Assembly: GCA_017853835.1 (NCBI GenBank)
Contig: JAFMIU010000004.1
Coordinates: 15,143 to 79,142 of the forward strand
Length of the DNA: 64,000 bases
Origin: Pirellulales bacterium
GTDB taxonomy: Bacteria > Planctomycetota > Planctomycetia > Pirellulales > UBA1268
Reading direction: 5' to 3'
The position numbers and the translations under genes were made by a program. Shown in pieces: positions 17,311 to 26,629 of this stretch. The notes below the pieces were generated by a model. The model was not told the DNA's origin, did no database searches, and saw nothing but the letters and a program-made list of their open reading frames with translations. Positions within the stretch are counted from its first letter, which is position 1. Each line of letters opens with the position of its first letter.

Positions 17311-18624
17311 ATGCCCGACCACGGAGACGATCGAGGACCATTCCGACGGGTCACCGACCTCGAGCGGTTGCTGGCAATCGCCCGACGCCTCGGGGCCACC
17401 GTCGATCTCGACGCCATGCTTGCCGCGATCGTCGATGCGGCCACCAGTCTCCTCGATTGCGAGCGGGCGACCGTGTTTCTCTACGACAGCGGCACTGACG
17501 AGCTCCGAAGCCGGATCGCCACCGGCATCGCCGGGTCGCCCATCTCCGAAATCCGTTTCCCCGCCAGCCGCGGTATCGCCGGTGAGGTGGCCCGCACGGG
17601 TATCCTCATCAACATCCCCGACGCCTACGCCGACTCCCGATTCAATCCCGACTTCGACAAGGCCAGCGGCTTTCGCACGCGGAGCATGCTCACGGTGCGG
17701 CTGTCAGACCACGACGACCATACCGTGGGCGTGCTTCAGGTGCTGAACAAGCGGACGGGGCCGTTTGATGGCCGCGACGAGGAAATTGCCGGGTTCCTCG
17801 GCAGCCAGGCAGGCGTTGCCATCCAGCGGCAGCAGCTGCTCGACCATTACGCGGAGAAGCAGAAGCTCCAGCGGGATCTCAGCATCGCCCGCGACATCCA
17901 GCAGGGCCTGTTGCCCCGTGAGCAGCCGACCTGCCCCGGCTTCGACGTGGCGGGCTGGAACCGCCCCGCCGACGAAACCGGCGGCGACTTTTACGATTTT
18001 CTTCCGCTGCCCTCGGACCGCCTCGCCGTGCTGATTGCCGACGCCACCGGCCACGGGATTGGTCCGGCGCTCGTCGTGGCCGAGGCACGGGCGCTGTTTC
18101 GCGCCGTACTGCGCGCCGGCGCGCCGCTCGATCGGGCCGTGTCCGACGTGCATCAGCTCCTCTGCCTCGACATGCCCGACGGCCGGTTCGTCACGGCGTT
18201 TTGCGGGGTGATCGACATCGCCTCGGGCGACATCGAATACCTCAGTGCCGGGCAGGGACCGCTCATCCTCTATGACGCCTCGGCCGACGTCTTCCGAGAA
18301 CTGGAGGCCCAAGGGCTTCCGCTCGCATTTTTTCCCGACGCTGGCTACGAGGGTCAGATTCGGATCGCCCTCGATGACGGTGACGTCCTGGTGCTTCTGA
18401 CGGATGGCTTCTACGAATATGACCGGGGGGATGGCGAGACGTTTGGCGAGGAACGGGTCAAGGCCGTGGTTCGCGACCACCGTGATCGCTCGGCGGCAGA
18501 CCTCATCGCCGCCCTCTCGTCGGCGGTCGATTCCTTCGCCGCCGGTGCCAAGCAACTCGACGACCTTACGGCCGTGATCGTGAAGAGGACGACCGCCCCA
18601 CGCGACCCGTCATCGCCGACGTGA
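17311..18624 (+). CDS. GAF-domain PP2C/SpoIIE-family serine phosphatase (RsbU-like)
   Basis: GAF region (LLDCERATVFLYD...GIAGEVARTG) then PP2C motifs (GGDFYDF, ADATGHGIGPAL, LLTDGFYE). The upstream part of ORF 16612..18624 is antisense to cax. Confidence 0.85.
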   Translation: MPDHGDDRGPFRRVTDLERLLAIARRLGATVDLDAMLAAIVDAATSLLDCERATVFLYDSGTDELRSRIATGIAGSPISEIRFPASRGIAGEVARTGILINIPDAYADSRFNPDFDKASGFRTRSMLTVRLSDHDDHTVGVLQVLNKRTGPFDGRDEEIAGFLGSQAGVAIQRQQLLDHYAEKQKLQRDLSIARDIQQGLLPREQPTCPGFDVAGWNRPADETGGDFYDFLPLPSDRLAVLIADATGHGIGPALVVAEARALFRAVLRAGAPLDRAVSDVHQLLCLDMPDGRFVTAFCGVIDIASGDIEYLSAGQGPLILYDASADVFRELEAQGLPLAFFPDAGYEGQIRIALDDGDVLVLLTDGFYEYDRGDGETFGEERVKAVVRDHRDRSAADLIAALSSAVDSFAAGAKQLDDLTAVIVKRTTAPRDPSSPT

Positions 18625-18815
18625 CGATCAACCAGGAGCCCACGCCGCCCCACAGGGCGATCAGGCAGAGGGTGATGGAGGCAGACATGGCCCGCGACGT
18701 GCTCCTGCGGAGAGCGATGCTCCGTTGCAGGAAACCTAGGCCATGAACGGGCGCCGGGCGGCCGCGAAGGAGCCGCTGCGGGTTGTGGGGATTGTGACGG
18801 CCGTGGCGGCGACGG

Positions 18816-19256
18816 TCACGGCTTCGTCGTGACGTCGAGGTCGAACACGTTGGCGCGTCCTGGGACGACGGTAAACCGAAGGTCGGATTGGACGTTGTAT
18901 CGAGCGGGAATGGATACTCCCTCGCCCCCGTCCGAGTCGGACATCACCCGAACCACGTACTCCCCGGCGGCGGCGCCATCACGATCCCCGGGGCCCTGTC
19001 GACCCAGCTCAAACCGGCCATCGCTCCGCGTTCGGGCCATCGCCCGAGGCCGCGAGCGATCGACCGGCTCGAACACCAGCTGAACGCCCCCGGCAGGCTT
19101 TCCATCGATCCGAACCGTTCCGGACACGTGTGTGATCCGAAGCCACCAGTCGCATCCACCCACGCATGCGACCAGGAGCACCAGCAGCGAGGTCATGGAA
19201 AACAACGCCATGCCGTCGCGGTGGCCATGCCGTTGAAAAGGACTCATTCGGTGCAC
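18816..19256 (-). CDS. small lipoprotein with carboxypeptidase-regulatory-like beta-sandwich
   Basis: Lipobox-like LLVACVGGC, then VSGTVRIDGKPAGGVQLVFEP...SDGRFEL. The start could be 19256, 19211 or 19196. It lies 3 nt downstream of the H-X9-DG gene. Confidence 0.65.
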   Translation of the reverse strand: MHRMSPFQRHGHRDGMALFSMTSLLVLLVACVGGCDWWLRITHVSGTVRIDGKPAGGVQLVFEPVDRSRPRAMARTRSDGRFELGRQGPGDRDGAAAGEYVVRVMSDSDGGEGVSIPARYNVQSDLRFTVVPGRANVFDLDVTTKP

Positions 19257-19259
19257 GGC

Positions 19260-20330
19260 TCAGTTCTCCTGCGGGAGCGGTGACCCGTCCAAGCGATTGG
19301 CCTTCTTGCAGAGAAGCTCGGCCGGCACGCGATCGCTCAGAAAAGCGACCGCTCCGTCGCCACTGAGAAAGTGACCACCGCCGGGATGCCAACTGCTGAA
19401 ACCTTTCGTGTTGGCGTTGAGGTTGGTGGCAAACGCGTTGAGATACCACTCCCCTGCCGACGCATGCGGAAAACCACGGTTCGAATCCGGGTATTTGGGA
19501 CCAGAAGTTCGGCCAAAGCACCGACCCGCACCGTTGGGACTCGTGCCACCCGCCGGACGCCCGTTTCCGACCCATACCGCCGCTGGCCCACCCCGTCCCT
19601 CATCCGAGTCGGCTAAGGACATGGCGCCCGCCCGCTCACCGGCGAAGAACGTCTTGCTCAGACCGTCGGAAATCTTTGCCAGCGGCAAGCCGACTTTCGA
19701 GTTGCGAAATCCGAAGAACGCGCCAAAGGAGTCGTTGGCGTTGTTCGGCCCGTTCGAACCGTTGCCAGCCGACGTCAACGCCCCATCGCCACAACTGGCG
19801 ACGTAGTTCGATGTGGCGAGCAAGAAACCCGATGCCACCGGCGCCTTCGTTCCAAAGTCCTCCAGATCGTTCAGGTCTTTGGCCACGTCGGACGGGCAGC
19901 GATACATCCCGATCTTGGCCTGCAGCGCCTGCCGCACCTGGTCGTTGGGGGGCGATGGGATCAACGAGTCGAGCTCCCGACTTCCGGGATCGAGCGCGGT
20001 GTAGATCGAGGACTGCTCGGTGTAGGGAAGGATGAAGGTGCCCCAGCCCCAGGCGGCGCGGTTGGTGTTGATGTATTCGAACCCGGCCGGAAGACGTCGC
20101 TGGGCGCTCTCGTGCGTCAGGATACCGAGGCCGATCTGTTTCAGATTGTTGGAGCAGTTGCTGCGACGGGCCGCCTCGCGGGCGCTCTGCACGGCCGGAA
20201 GCAGGAGGCCGATCAGCGTGGCGATGATCGCAATCACCACCAGAAGTTCGACCAGGGTGAAACCTTGACCGGCTGAGGCAAGCACCCTCGGAAAACCCGA
20301 ACGCTGAACCTGTTTTATCGGCGCCACCAT
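19260..20330 (-). CDS. prepilin-type N-terminal cleavage/methylation domain protein, DUF1559 / H-X9-DG family
   Basis: [34 protein letters not shown] pilin-like N-terminus. C-terminal HPGGGHFLSGDG fits H-X9-DG. ATG 20330 is preceded by GGGAGGAG. Confidence 0.85.
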   Translation of the reverse strand: MVAPIKQVQRSGFPRVLASAGQGFTLVELLVVIAIIATLIGLLLPAVQSAREAARRSNCSNNLKQIGLGILTHESAQRRLPAGFEYINTNRAAWGWGTFILPYTEQSSIYTALDPGSRELDSLIPSPPNDQVRQALQAKIGMYRCPSDVAKDLNDLEDFGTKAPVASGFLLATSNYVASCGDGALTSAGNGSNGPNNANDSFGAFFGFRNSKVGLPLAKISDGLSKTFFAGERAGAMSLADSDEGRGGPAAVWVGNGRPAGGTSPNGAGRCFGRTSGPKYPDSNRGFPHASAGEWYLNAFATNLNANTKGFSSWHPGGGHFLSGDGAVAFLSDRVPAELLCKKANRLDGSPLPQEN

Positions 20331-20396
20331 TTGGTCTCCTCCCGCCTTATCCCCAAGACAAGGGCCCTTCCGGAAGAATCTGGACACGACACGCAA

Positions 20397-21803
20397 TCAC
20401 TCCGGAAGTGCCACCACCGCCACCCCGTACATGTTGTAGCCCTCGAGATCCGCTGAGGGTACCACTCCTCCGAGCATGACCGTGGAGGGGGTCGGGACAA
20501 CGCGGCACCACACGGAGAACGTCGTGTCGATGCTCTGGCCCGTCCCAACTCCCGTTTCCAGACGTGGTTTGAAGCGATTGGGCCCCTCGTCGAGGCCGAT
20601 TTTCATGCCGGTGTCGACGAAGTCCGCCCGGAGCCACTCAGGCACGCGAACCTGGTCGCTCATGAGCACATACAGCGTCGCCGGCCGCGACACCTCGACG
20701 GCCATCTGAAACCCGTCGACGAACTTGTCGTCGTTGAAGGTCATGACGTATTCGGCGTTGTCGAGACACGGCGGTATTCCGAGGGAGTCGACGCCGTTCC
20801 ATTCATGATTGCGGTCGACAAACGCTGGCGCGTCCTCGGACAAGCCTCCACGAATGATGCGGTAAAACTTGCTGACCGTCTCGCTCGGCGAGTTGTCGCT
20901 GATGGCGGTGATGATTGGCTCGGCGTCGCGCGGCCGCCGATCCGATCGTGAACCGTCGGGAAACTGATCGCTGCTGATCGCCATCACGCGGCCGACCTTC
21001 CCGCCCGGCTCGACCCGCAACCCCTCGCCTTGTTCCAGTCGCCTCGCCTCGGTCTCGTGGCCGTCCCCGTTGCTTCCATTCACCGCAAGGTCGACGCGCC
21101 CCTGAAGCACGGCCACATCGGTCAACCCAGACGATGTCACCTCGATCGCAAACTCGGTCCCCAGATCGACCACCCGCGCGACGGGTGTTTCGATGGTAAA
21201 GCCCTCGCCGTCAACGCCCACCCGCGCGCTGATTTTTCCGAGACGACTGAAGGCACGATCGCCGCCACAGATCTCGAAGTCGGCAGGGCCTCGAACGATC
21301 ACCTCCACACCGGTGTCGAACACGAGCTCCACCTCGCCCGCGTCGAACCGCAATACATCGCCACGCGCCAGCCGTGTGAGCTCCGGCCACGACGTGCCGT
21401 CGGACGGCCACGCGACGTTGGTGGCACGGATCAGTGTGGCCACGCTCGTGGGCTTCACCACGGCGGCAGTCGGGCGCGACATGGGCGCCGTTCGCCATGC
21501 CACCACGCCGAGGATTGCGACCATCACGGCGGCGGCCCAGGGGACCGCGCCGGACCATCGGCGGCGGGACACCTCGCCGGGCGTGAGCTCCAGAAGCTCT
21601 GCTGCGACGTTGGGCTGCCGCGTTGCGGATCGCCACCGAAGCAGCGCCGTGTCTTCCATGAACGAGATGTATGCGGAGCGGGCCTCCGGGGACGAGGCCA
21701 CGAGTTGTTCCAGGGCCGCACGGTCGGCGTCGTCGGCGGATCCCTCCAGAACCCTGCCCACACGATCGTGAATCTGTTCGATGAGCGATTGTGGCATGGT
21801 CAT
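20397..21803 (-). CDS. FecR-family anti-sigma factor with extra C-terminal domain
   Basis: N-terminal anti-sigma helices, one TM (AVPWAAAVMVAILGVVAW), a FecR beta-domain (GDVLRFDAGEVELVFDTGVEVIVRGPADFEI), and then a ~190-aa unassigned domain. Confidence 0.8.
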   Translation of the reverse strand: MTMPQSLIEQIHDRVGRVLEGSADDADRAALEQLVASSPEARSAYISFMEDTALLRWRSATRQPNVAAELLELTPGEVSRRRWSGAVPWAAAVMVAILGVVAWRTAPMSRPTAAVVKPTSVATLIRATNVAWPSDGTSWPELTRLARGDVLRFDAGEVELVFDTGVEVIVRGPADFEICGGDRAFSRLGKISARVGVDGEGFTIETPVARVVDLGTEFAIEVTSSGLTDVAVLQGRVDLAVNGSNGDGHETEARRLEQGEGLRVEPGGKVGRVMAISSDQFPDGSRSDRRPRDAEPIITAISDNSPSETVSKFYRIIRGGLSEDAPAFVDRNHEWNGVDSLGIPPCLDNAEYVMTFNDDKFVDGFQMAVEVSRPATLYVLMSDQVRVPEWLRADFVDTGMKIGLDEGPNRFKPRLETGVGTGQSIDTTFSVWCRVVPTPSTVMLGGVVPSADLEGYNMYGVAVVALPE

Positions 21804-22327
21804 GAGTTTCCCTCCGTCAGGAGCCGCTGCGCGACGCAGTTATGGAGCGTGACCCGGATCCGCTGCACACTCTTGTAGACCGCATCGGCCGACCGTCCGA
21901 GCTGACCGGCCACGCCGCGGATGGTGGAGCCGTCGGCGTAGCACCTGAGAATGAGGTCTCGGTTCCGGGGGGTGAGTTTCTTGAGACACTCCTCCAAAGC
22001 GGCCTGACGGGAGTCGATCTCAGCGATGGGCGAGGCCGACTCGTCGGCGATGGCCTGAATCGCCTCGTCGCTGAAAACGATGCGGCTCCGCGATCGTCGC
22101 TTCCTCCAGGTCAGCACCTGGTAATGCGCCACGCGGATCGCCCAGGCCGCGAAATCGGTTCCCGGCTCGAAGCGGTCAAACTCCTCCCACAGCCGGACGT
22201 TGGTCTCCTGCAGGACCTCGTCGGCATCGCTCCAGACCGGCACCAGCCGCAGGATGTATCCATACACCCGTCGCTCGTGCTGCGTGAGCAGCCGCACAAA
22301 GAGCCGCCTGGATTCGTCGAGGTGCAT
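21800..22327 (-). CDS. ECF-type RNA polymerase sigma factor
   Basis: Sigma-70 region 2 (YGYILRLVPVWSDADEVLQETNVRLWE) and region 4 (LILRCYADGSTIRGVAGQLGRSADAVYKSVQRIR). The stop overlaps the FecR start (ATGA). Confidence 0.85.
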   Translation of the reverse strand: MHLDESRRLFVRLLTQHERRVYGYILRLVPVWSDADEVLQETNVRLWEEFDRFEPGTDFAAWAIRVAHYQVLTWRKRRSRSRIVFSDEAIQAIADESASPIAEIDSRQAALEECLKKLTPRNRDLILRCYADGSTIRGVAGQLGRSADAVYKSVQRIRVTLHNCVAQRLLTEGNS

Positions 22328-22548
22328 GGGCAAACCGGCTTGAGGCGGCGTTGGGATGGAGACACAGCCCCTACTGAGAGGGCGGTGTGGTTGGGGAATT
22401 GGACGGTGTGGCACCGGTCGCGATGTCCAACCTTGCCGACTGGGCGCCCTGTTCTAGATGATTGTGGGAGGCGATTTCGGGTACGGTAAGGGATCCGGGC
22501 CGGCGCGGTGTGCCGACCGGAGGCGTCATGTGGGAAAGGGGGAGGACG

Positions 22549-25500
22549 ATGGTCTCTCGGCATGGTCTGTTCGTTCGACATCACGGTGCCAGCGCGGTGG
22601 TGCGGGGCCTGCTGGCAGGGCTGCTGCTCGTCGGCCCCTCCGCGCAGCTTCAGGCCGACACGCTCCTGACCTGGGACATCACCAGCTCCACCGCAGCCAC
22701 CAGCGGCTCGGCCGCCGGCAGCCTGGCGGTAGGCATCTCGGGAAGCGTGCTCAGCGGATCGACCCTGACCACCGGCAACAGCACCTCTCCCCTCAACACC
22801 TGGAACCGCACCTATCAGATGGTCACCTACACGAACGCCACCGATGCGATGGCGAACGGTCAGTACCTCTCGTGGACAACCAGTGTCGACGCGGGCTACA
22901 CGGCGTCGTTCACCGGGCTTACCGGTCTGATGCTGGCACGCACGAGCAATGGCCCCCAGGCCGTCCAACTCTGGTACAGCACCGATGGAGGCACGAACTT
23001 CCAGCAGACCGGAGGCACCCTCACGACCTCCTCGACCCTGACGTCGGCCGCTTCGGCCTTTTCCACGACGATGGCCGCCACGCCCATCGTGCTCAATGGC
23101 GGAGCGTCCGGGGCGTCGATCACATGGCGGATGGTGGCCTACAGCGGCACGGGAGGGCGGCTCGGAATCTCGAGAACGAGTGTGGACGACTTCTCCATGC
23201 TGGGAACGATGTCGGGTGGATCAGCCCGCGACCTCACGTGGGTCGGTGCGGCCGGCGTCGGAACCTGGGATACCGACCCGGCCAACACCCCGTGGACGAA
23301 CGGTGGATCGGCGTCCGCCTTCGCCACCAACGACAACGTGACGTTTGCCGTCCCAGGCACGGTCACGGTGGTTGGCAGCGTCGCGGCAGGATCCGTGGCC
23401 GTCAGCAACACCACCGGATCGCTCACGATCGGTGGCGATGGCTTTTCCGGCACCACGCTCACGAAGACGGGAGCGGGCGATCTGGTGCTCTCAGGATCCA
23501 ACACCATTGCGGGAGGCTTGATCGTTTCGGGCGGAAGGCTGCTTCCGACCGTCCCCGGGGCGCTGGGCACGAAGGGTGTTGCGGTCAATGGTGCAACGCT
23601 CGTCGTCGACGGCGGTTCCGTGGCGAGCCTTTCCAATGCGGTCACGGTGGGGGTGTCTGGTGCGGTCGTCGATACGACGGGCGATGTGGCGATGACGGGT
23701 GCCATTGCGTCGTCGTCCGGAGGGCCGGGCGCGGTGTTCACGAAATCGGGATCGGGAACGCTCTCGCTCACCGGCGGTTTCGGCGTGCAGACGACGGCGC
23801 CGGTCGAACTCGACGTGGTCGAAGGGGGCCTTACCCTGGCGGGAAGCCAGAAAAACATCGGAGGCATCAACGATTGGAACGGGCCCGTGAGCCTGAACGG
23901 GGCCATTGTGATGCTCCATAGCGGAACCGTCGCAGGAACGGGGACGGTGACGAATACCAGCCCGGGGTCGGTCATCGCGTCGCGGCTCAATGCGGGGTGG
24001 TCCTCCTTTCAAAGTGGCCTCGTGTTGGAGCAGACGCTCACCGGCAGTTCACCGAACGGCAACAACACCCTTCGATTCGCCGGCCCCATCAGCGGTACTG
24101 GCGGGTTCAACGCCGTCGGCAACGGCATCAAGCAGCTCTGGGGCACCAACACCTACACCGGTCCGACGCGGATCACGGCAGGCACGCTCGTGATCGGAAC
24201 TCGGGCGTCGCTGTACGGCGGGGTCACCGCCGATTGGACGAGCAGCCAGTTCACGGTTCAGAGCGGAGCGACCGCGTCGTTTCGGGTGGGTGGCGTGGAT
24301 CAGTTTCTGCCCTCCGACTTCGACGTGCTGCTGTCGCTCGGTACGGCGACCGACGGTTTCCTGGCCGGGTCGCGCATCGGCTTCGACACCACCGACGGCA
24401 CGTTTGCGTACGGCAACCCGATCGCCGATCCCAACGGTGGGTTCAACACCCTTGGGCTGACGAAGTCCGGCGTGAACGGGCTCGTGCTCTCGGGAAGCAA
24501 CACCTACACCGGCTCGACGCTGATCACCGGGGGCATGCTCCTGTTCGAGACGAAGCAGTCGCTCTATGGAGGCGTCGCCGGGTATTGGAACTCCACGAAC
24601 CTCGTTGTCTCGAGCGGCGCGACCGCCGCCTTTGGGGTTGGGGGCACGGAGGGATTCACGGCCGACGACATCGCCGCGATCGCCGTGCTCGGATCGGGCA
24701 CCGGTGCCAACGGTTTCGCGTCGGGGTCGCGCATCGGCTTCGACACGTCGGCGGCCGGAAGCTTCACGTATTCAAACGTGCTGGCCAACCCCGACGGTGG
24801 GACGCGCACGCTTGGTCTGACCAAGGTCGGCTCGGGATCCCTCGTGCTCGCCGCCGCCAACACCTACACCGGCGGCACAACGATCGAAGAAGGTTCCCTG
24901 GTGATGGGGGATGCGGGGGCGCTCGGTTCGGTCGCCGGCGCGCTGGTGATCAATGGAGGTGCACTCGACCTCGCCGGCCACTCGCTCGCCGTCACCTCGC
25001 TCAGGGGCACGGGGGGCGCGGTGACCACCAGCGTGGCGGGGGCGGTGTCTCTCAGTGTCGCCGTGGCAAGCGGCACAACGTCGTACGCCGGCTCGCTGGA
25101 GGACGGTGCAGGCCGTGTCGCGCTTGTGAAGACGGGAGTCGGCTACCTCGAACTCACCGGCTCCAGCAGCTTCAGTGGCGGTACCACGCTGGTGGGAGAC
25201 GTGGGAATCACGCAGGCTCAGGGCCTGGGGGTTGGGCCGATCGTCTCCTCGGGCAGCGATGCACGGGTTCGCTGGAGCGGCACCGACACCTCGGTGACGA
25301 TCGCCAACCCGCTGGTGACGGGATCTGTGGCCACCGACGCCCTCGCGTTTCGCCCGGGAGCCGGAAACACCGTGGTGCTGACGGGATCGATCTCCGGGGC
25401 CGGTCAGCTGAAGATCAGCGCGAGCGCCGGTGCAACCCTCGATCTCACGTCACAGTCTGCGGCCACCAACACCAACACGGGCGGGGTCGAGATCGGCACG

Positions 25501-26550
25501 GGCCGGGTGCTCATCGCAAGCGGCGGCGCCCTGGGGGGTGGGGTGGTGAACTTTGGCACCGGATCCAACAGCATCCTCGCCCTCTCCGGGTCGTCGGCGA
25601 CCGTGTCCAACTCCATGACGATCGGCAGCACCACCGGCACCACGGCCACCGTCGCCAACATCGACACGGGTGACGGGCTCCTGACGCTTGCCGGTCCGAT
25701 CGCCACCCGCGCCGGCAACGCGGCTGGCAGCCTCATCAAACTTGGCTCGGGCACCCTTCGGCTGAGCGCGGTCAACACCTACTCGGGATCGACGACGATC
25801 CAAAACGGCGTGCTGCAACTTGCCAACTTTGAGGCACTCTCGTCGAGCACCGTGGTTCCGCTGGCCGGTGGCACGATGGCGCTCGACGCCTATCAGACAT
25901 CCGTTGTCGGGGGGCTTGCTCCCAATGCAGGCGGCTTGGTGGACGTCGGCACCGGTCTCGTGACCGTGGCGCATGGGCTATCCGCCGCCGACCTGGTGAC
26001 CGCCATCGTGTCGGGCTTGGGTGACGGCACGTGGAACGGCACCGCGGGCATCACGTCGAGTATGGCCGCGGCCGACGCCGGCCTTGGCATCTCGAGGGCG
26101 GTCGGCTGGCTCGACAACGGTGACGGAACCGTTACGTTCGCCTATTCCGCCCCTGGCGATACCAATCTCGACTGGACGATCGACCTGCTCGACATCGGCA
26201 CGTACCTCGCTGCGGGCAAGTACGACACGGGCGATCCATCGAGCTGGTCGGAAGGCGATTACACCTACGATGGCCTCGTGGACATCACCGATGTGGCGCT
26301 CTACCTCGGTACGGGCCTGTTTGATATCGGTCCCTACAACCCGCCGGCGGGTGGTGCTGGCGGCGTGGCGGCCGTGCCCGAACCCTCTCTCGGCCTTGGT
26401 GGGCTGGCCGTGGCCCTGGCGGTCGGACTCTGGTCGAGCGATCGCCGCCGCCGGCTCTCGCCAGGGAAGTGGGCCCCCCAGGGACCCTCCGTGTCCAGTT
26501 TCCCTGGGCAACCGCCCTATCCCGTCGATACACTGTTTCACCAAGGGTGA
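22549..26550 (+). CDS. giant surface protein: N-terminal domain + autotransporter-associated beta-strand (PATR-like) repeats + dockerin-like pair + PEP-CTERM
   Basis: Signal peptide from ATG 22549 (GGAGGA 6 nt upstream), many KTGxGTLxLxGxNTYTG repeats, and C-terminal GDTNLDWTIDLLD / GDYTYDGLVDITD / VPEPSLGLGG...RRRR. Confidence 0.85.
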   Translation: MVSRHGLFVRHHGASAVVRGLLAGLLLVGPSAQLQADTLLTWDITSSTAATSGSAAGSLAVGISGSVLSGSTLTTGNSTSPLNTWNRTYQMVTYTNATDAMANGQYLSWTTSVDAGYTASFTGLTGLMLARTSNGPQAVQLWYSTDGGTNFQQTGGTLTTSSTLTSAASAFSTTMAATPIVLNGGASGASITWRMVAYSGTGGRLGISRTSVDDFSMLGTMSGGSARDLTWVGAAGVGTWDTDPANTPWTNGGSASAFATNDNVTFAVPGTVTVVGSVAAGSVAVSNTTGSLTIGGDGFSGTTLTKTGAGDLVLSGSNTIAGGLIVSGGRLLPTVPGALGTKGVAVNGATLVVDGGSVASLSNAVTVGVSGAVVDTTGDVAMTGAIASSSGGPGAVFTKSGSGTLSLTGGFGVQTTAPVELDVVEGGLTLAGSQKNIGGINDWNGPVSLNGAIVMLHSGTVAGTGTVTNTSPGSVIASRLNAGWSSFQSGLVLEQTLTGSSPNGNNTLRFAGPISGTGGFNAVGNGIKQLWGTNTYTGPTRITAGTLVIGTRASLYGGVTADWTSSQFTVQSGATASFRVGGVDQFLPSDFDVLLSLGTATDGFLAGSRIGFDTTDGTFAYGNPIADPNGGFNTLGLTKSGVNGLVLSGSNTYTGSTLITGGMLLFETKQSLYGGVAGYWNSTNLVVSSGATAAFGVGGTEGFTADDIAAIAVLGSGTGANGFASGSRIGFDTSAAGSFTYSNVLANPDGGTRTLGLTKVGSGSLVLAAANTYTGGTTIEEGSLVMGDAGALGSVAGALVINGGALDLAGHSLAVTSLRGTGGAVTTSVAGAVSLSVAVASGTTSYAGSLEDGAGRVALVKTGVGYLELTGSSSFSGGTTLVGDVGITQAQGLGVGPIVSSGSDARVRWSGTDTSVTIANPLVTGSVATDALAFRPGAGNTVVLTGSISGAGQLKISASAGATLDLTSQSAATNTNTGGVEIGTGRVLIASGGALGGGVVNFGTGSNSILALSGSSATVSNSMTIGSTTGTTATVANIDTGDGLLTLAGPIATRAGNAAGSLIKLGSGTLRLSAVNTYSGSTTIQNGVLQLANFEALSSSTVVPLAGGTMALDAYQTSVVGGLAPNAGGLVDVGTGLVTVAHGLSAADLVTAIVSGLGDGTWNGTAGITSSMAAADAGLGISRAVGWLDNGDGTVTFAYSAPGDTNLDWTIDLLDIGTYLAAGKYDTGDPSSWSEGDYTYDGLVDITDVALYLGTGLFDIGPYNPPAGGAGGVAAVPEPSLGLGGLAVALAVGLWSSDRRRRLSPGKWAPQGPSVSSFPGQPPYPVDTLFHQG
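24148..24858 (+). repeat. intragenic tandem duplication (2 x ~117-120 aa) inside the giant protein
   Basis: Units 24148-24498 and 24499-24858 both run NTYTG..L(I)T.G.L......SLYGGV...W.S......SGATA.F.VGG......D.......LG..T..G.F.SGSRIGFDT......F.Y.N...(A)(D/N)P(N/D)GG...LGLTK.G...LVL. Confidence 0.7.
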
Positions 26551-26629
26551 CGGGGATGACGTTTGGGTTGCGGCCGTGCCGCTCCCTCACCCGCTGAGGC
26601 GGGGCTTTTCTTCACAGGGAGTCTGAACG

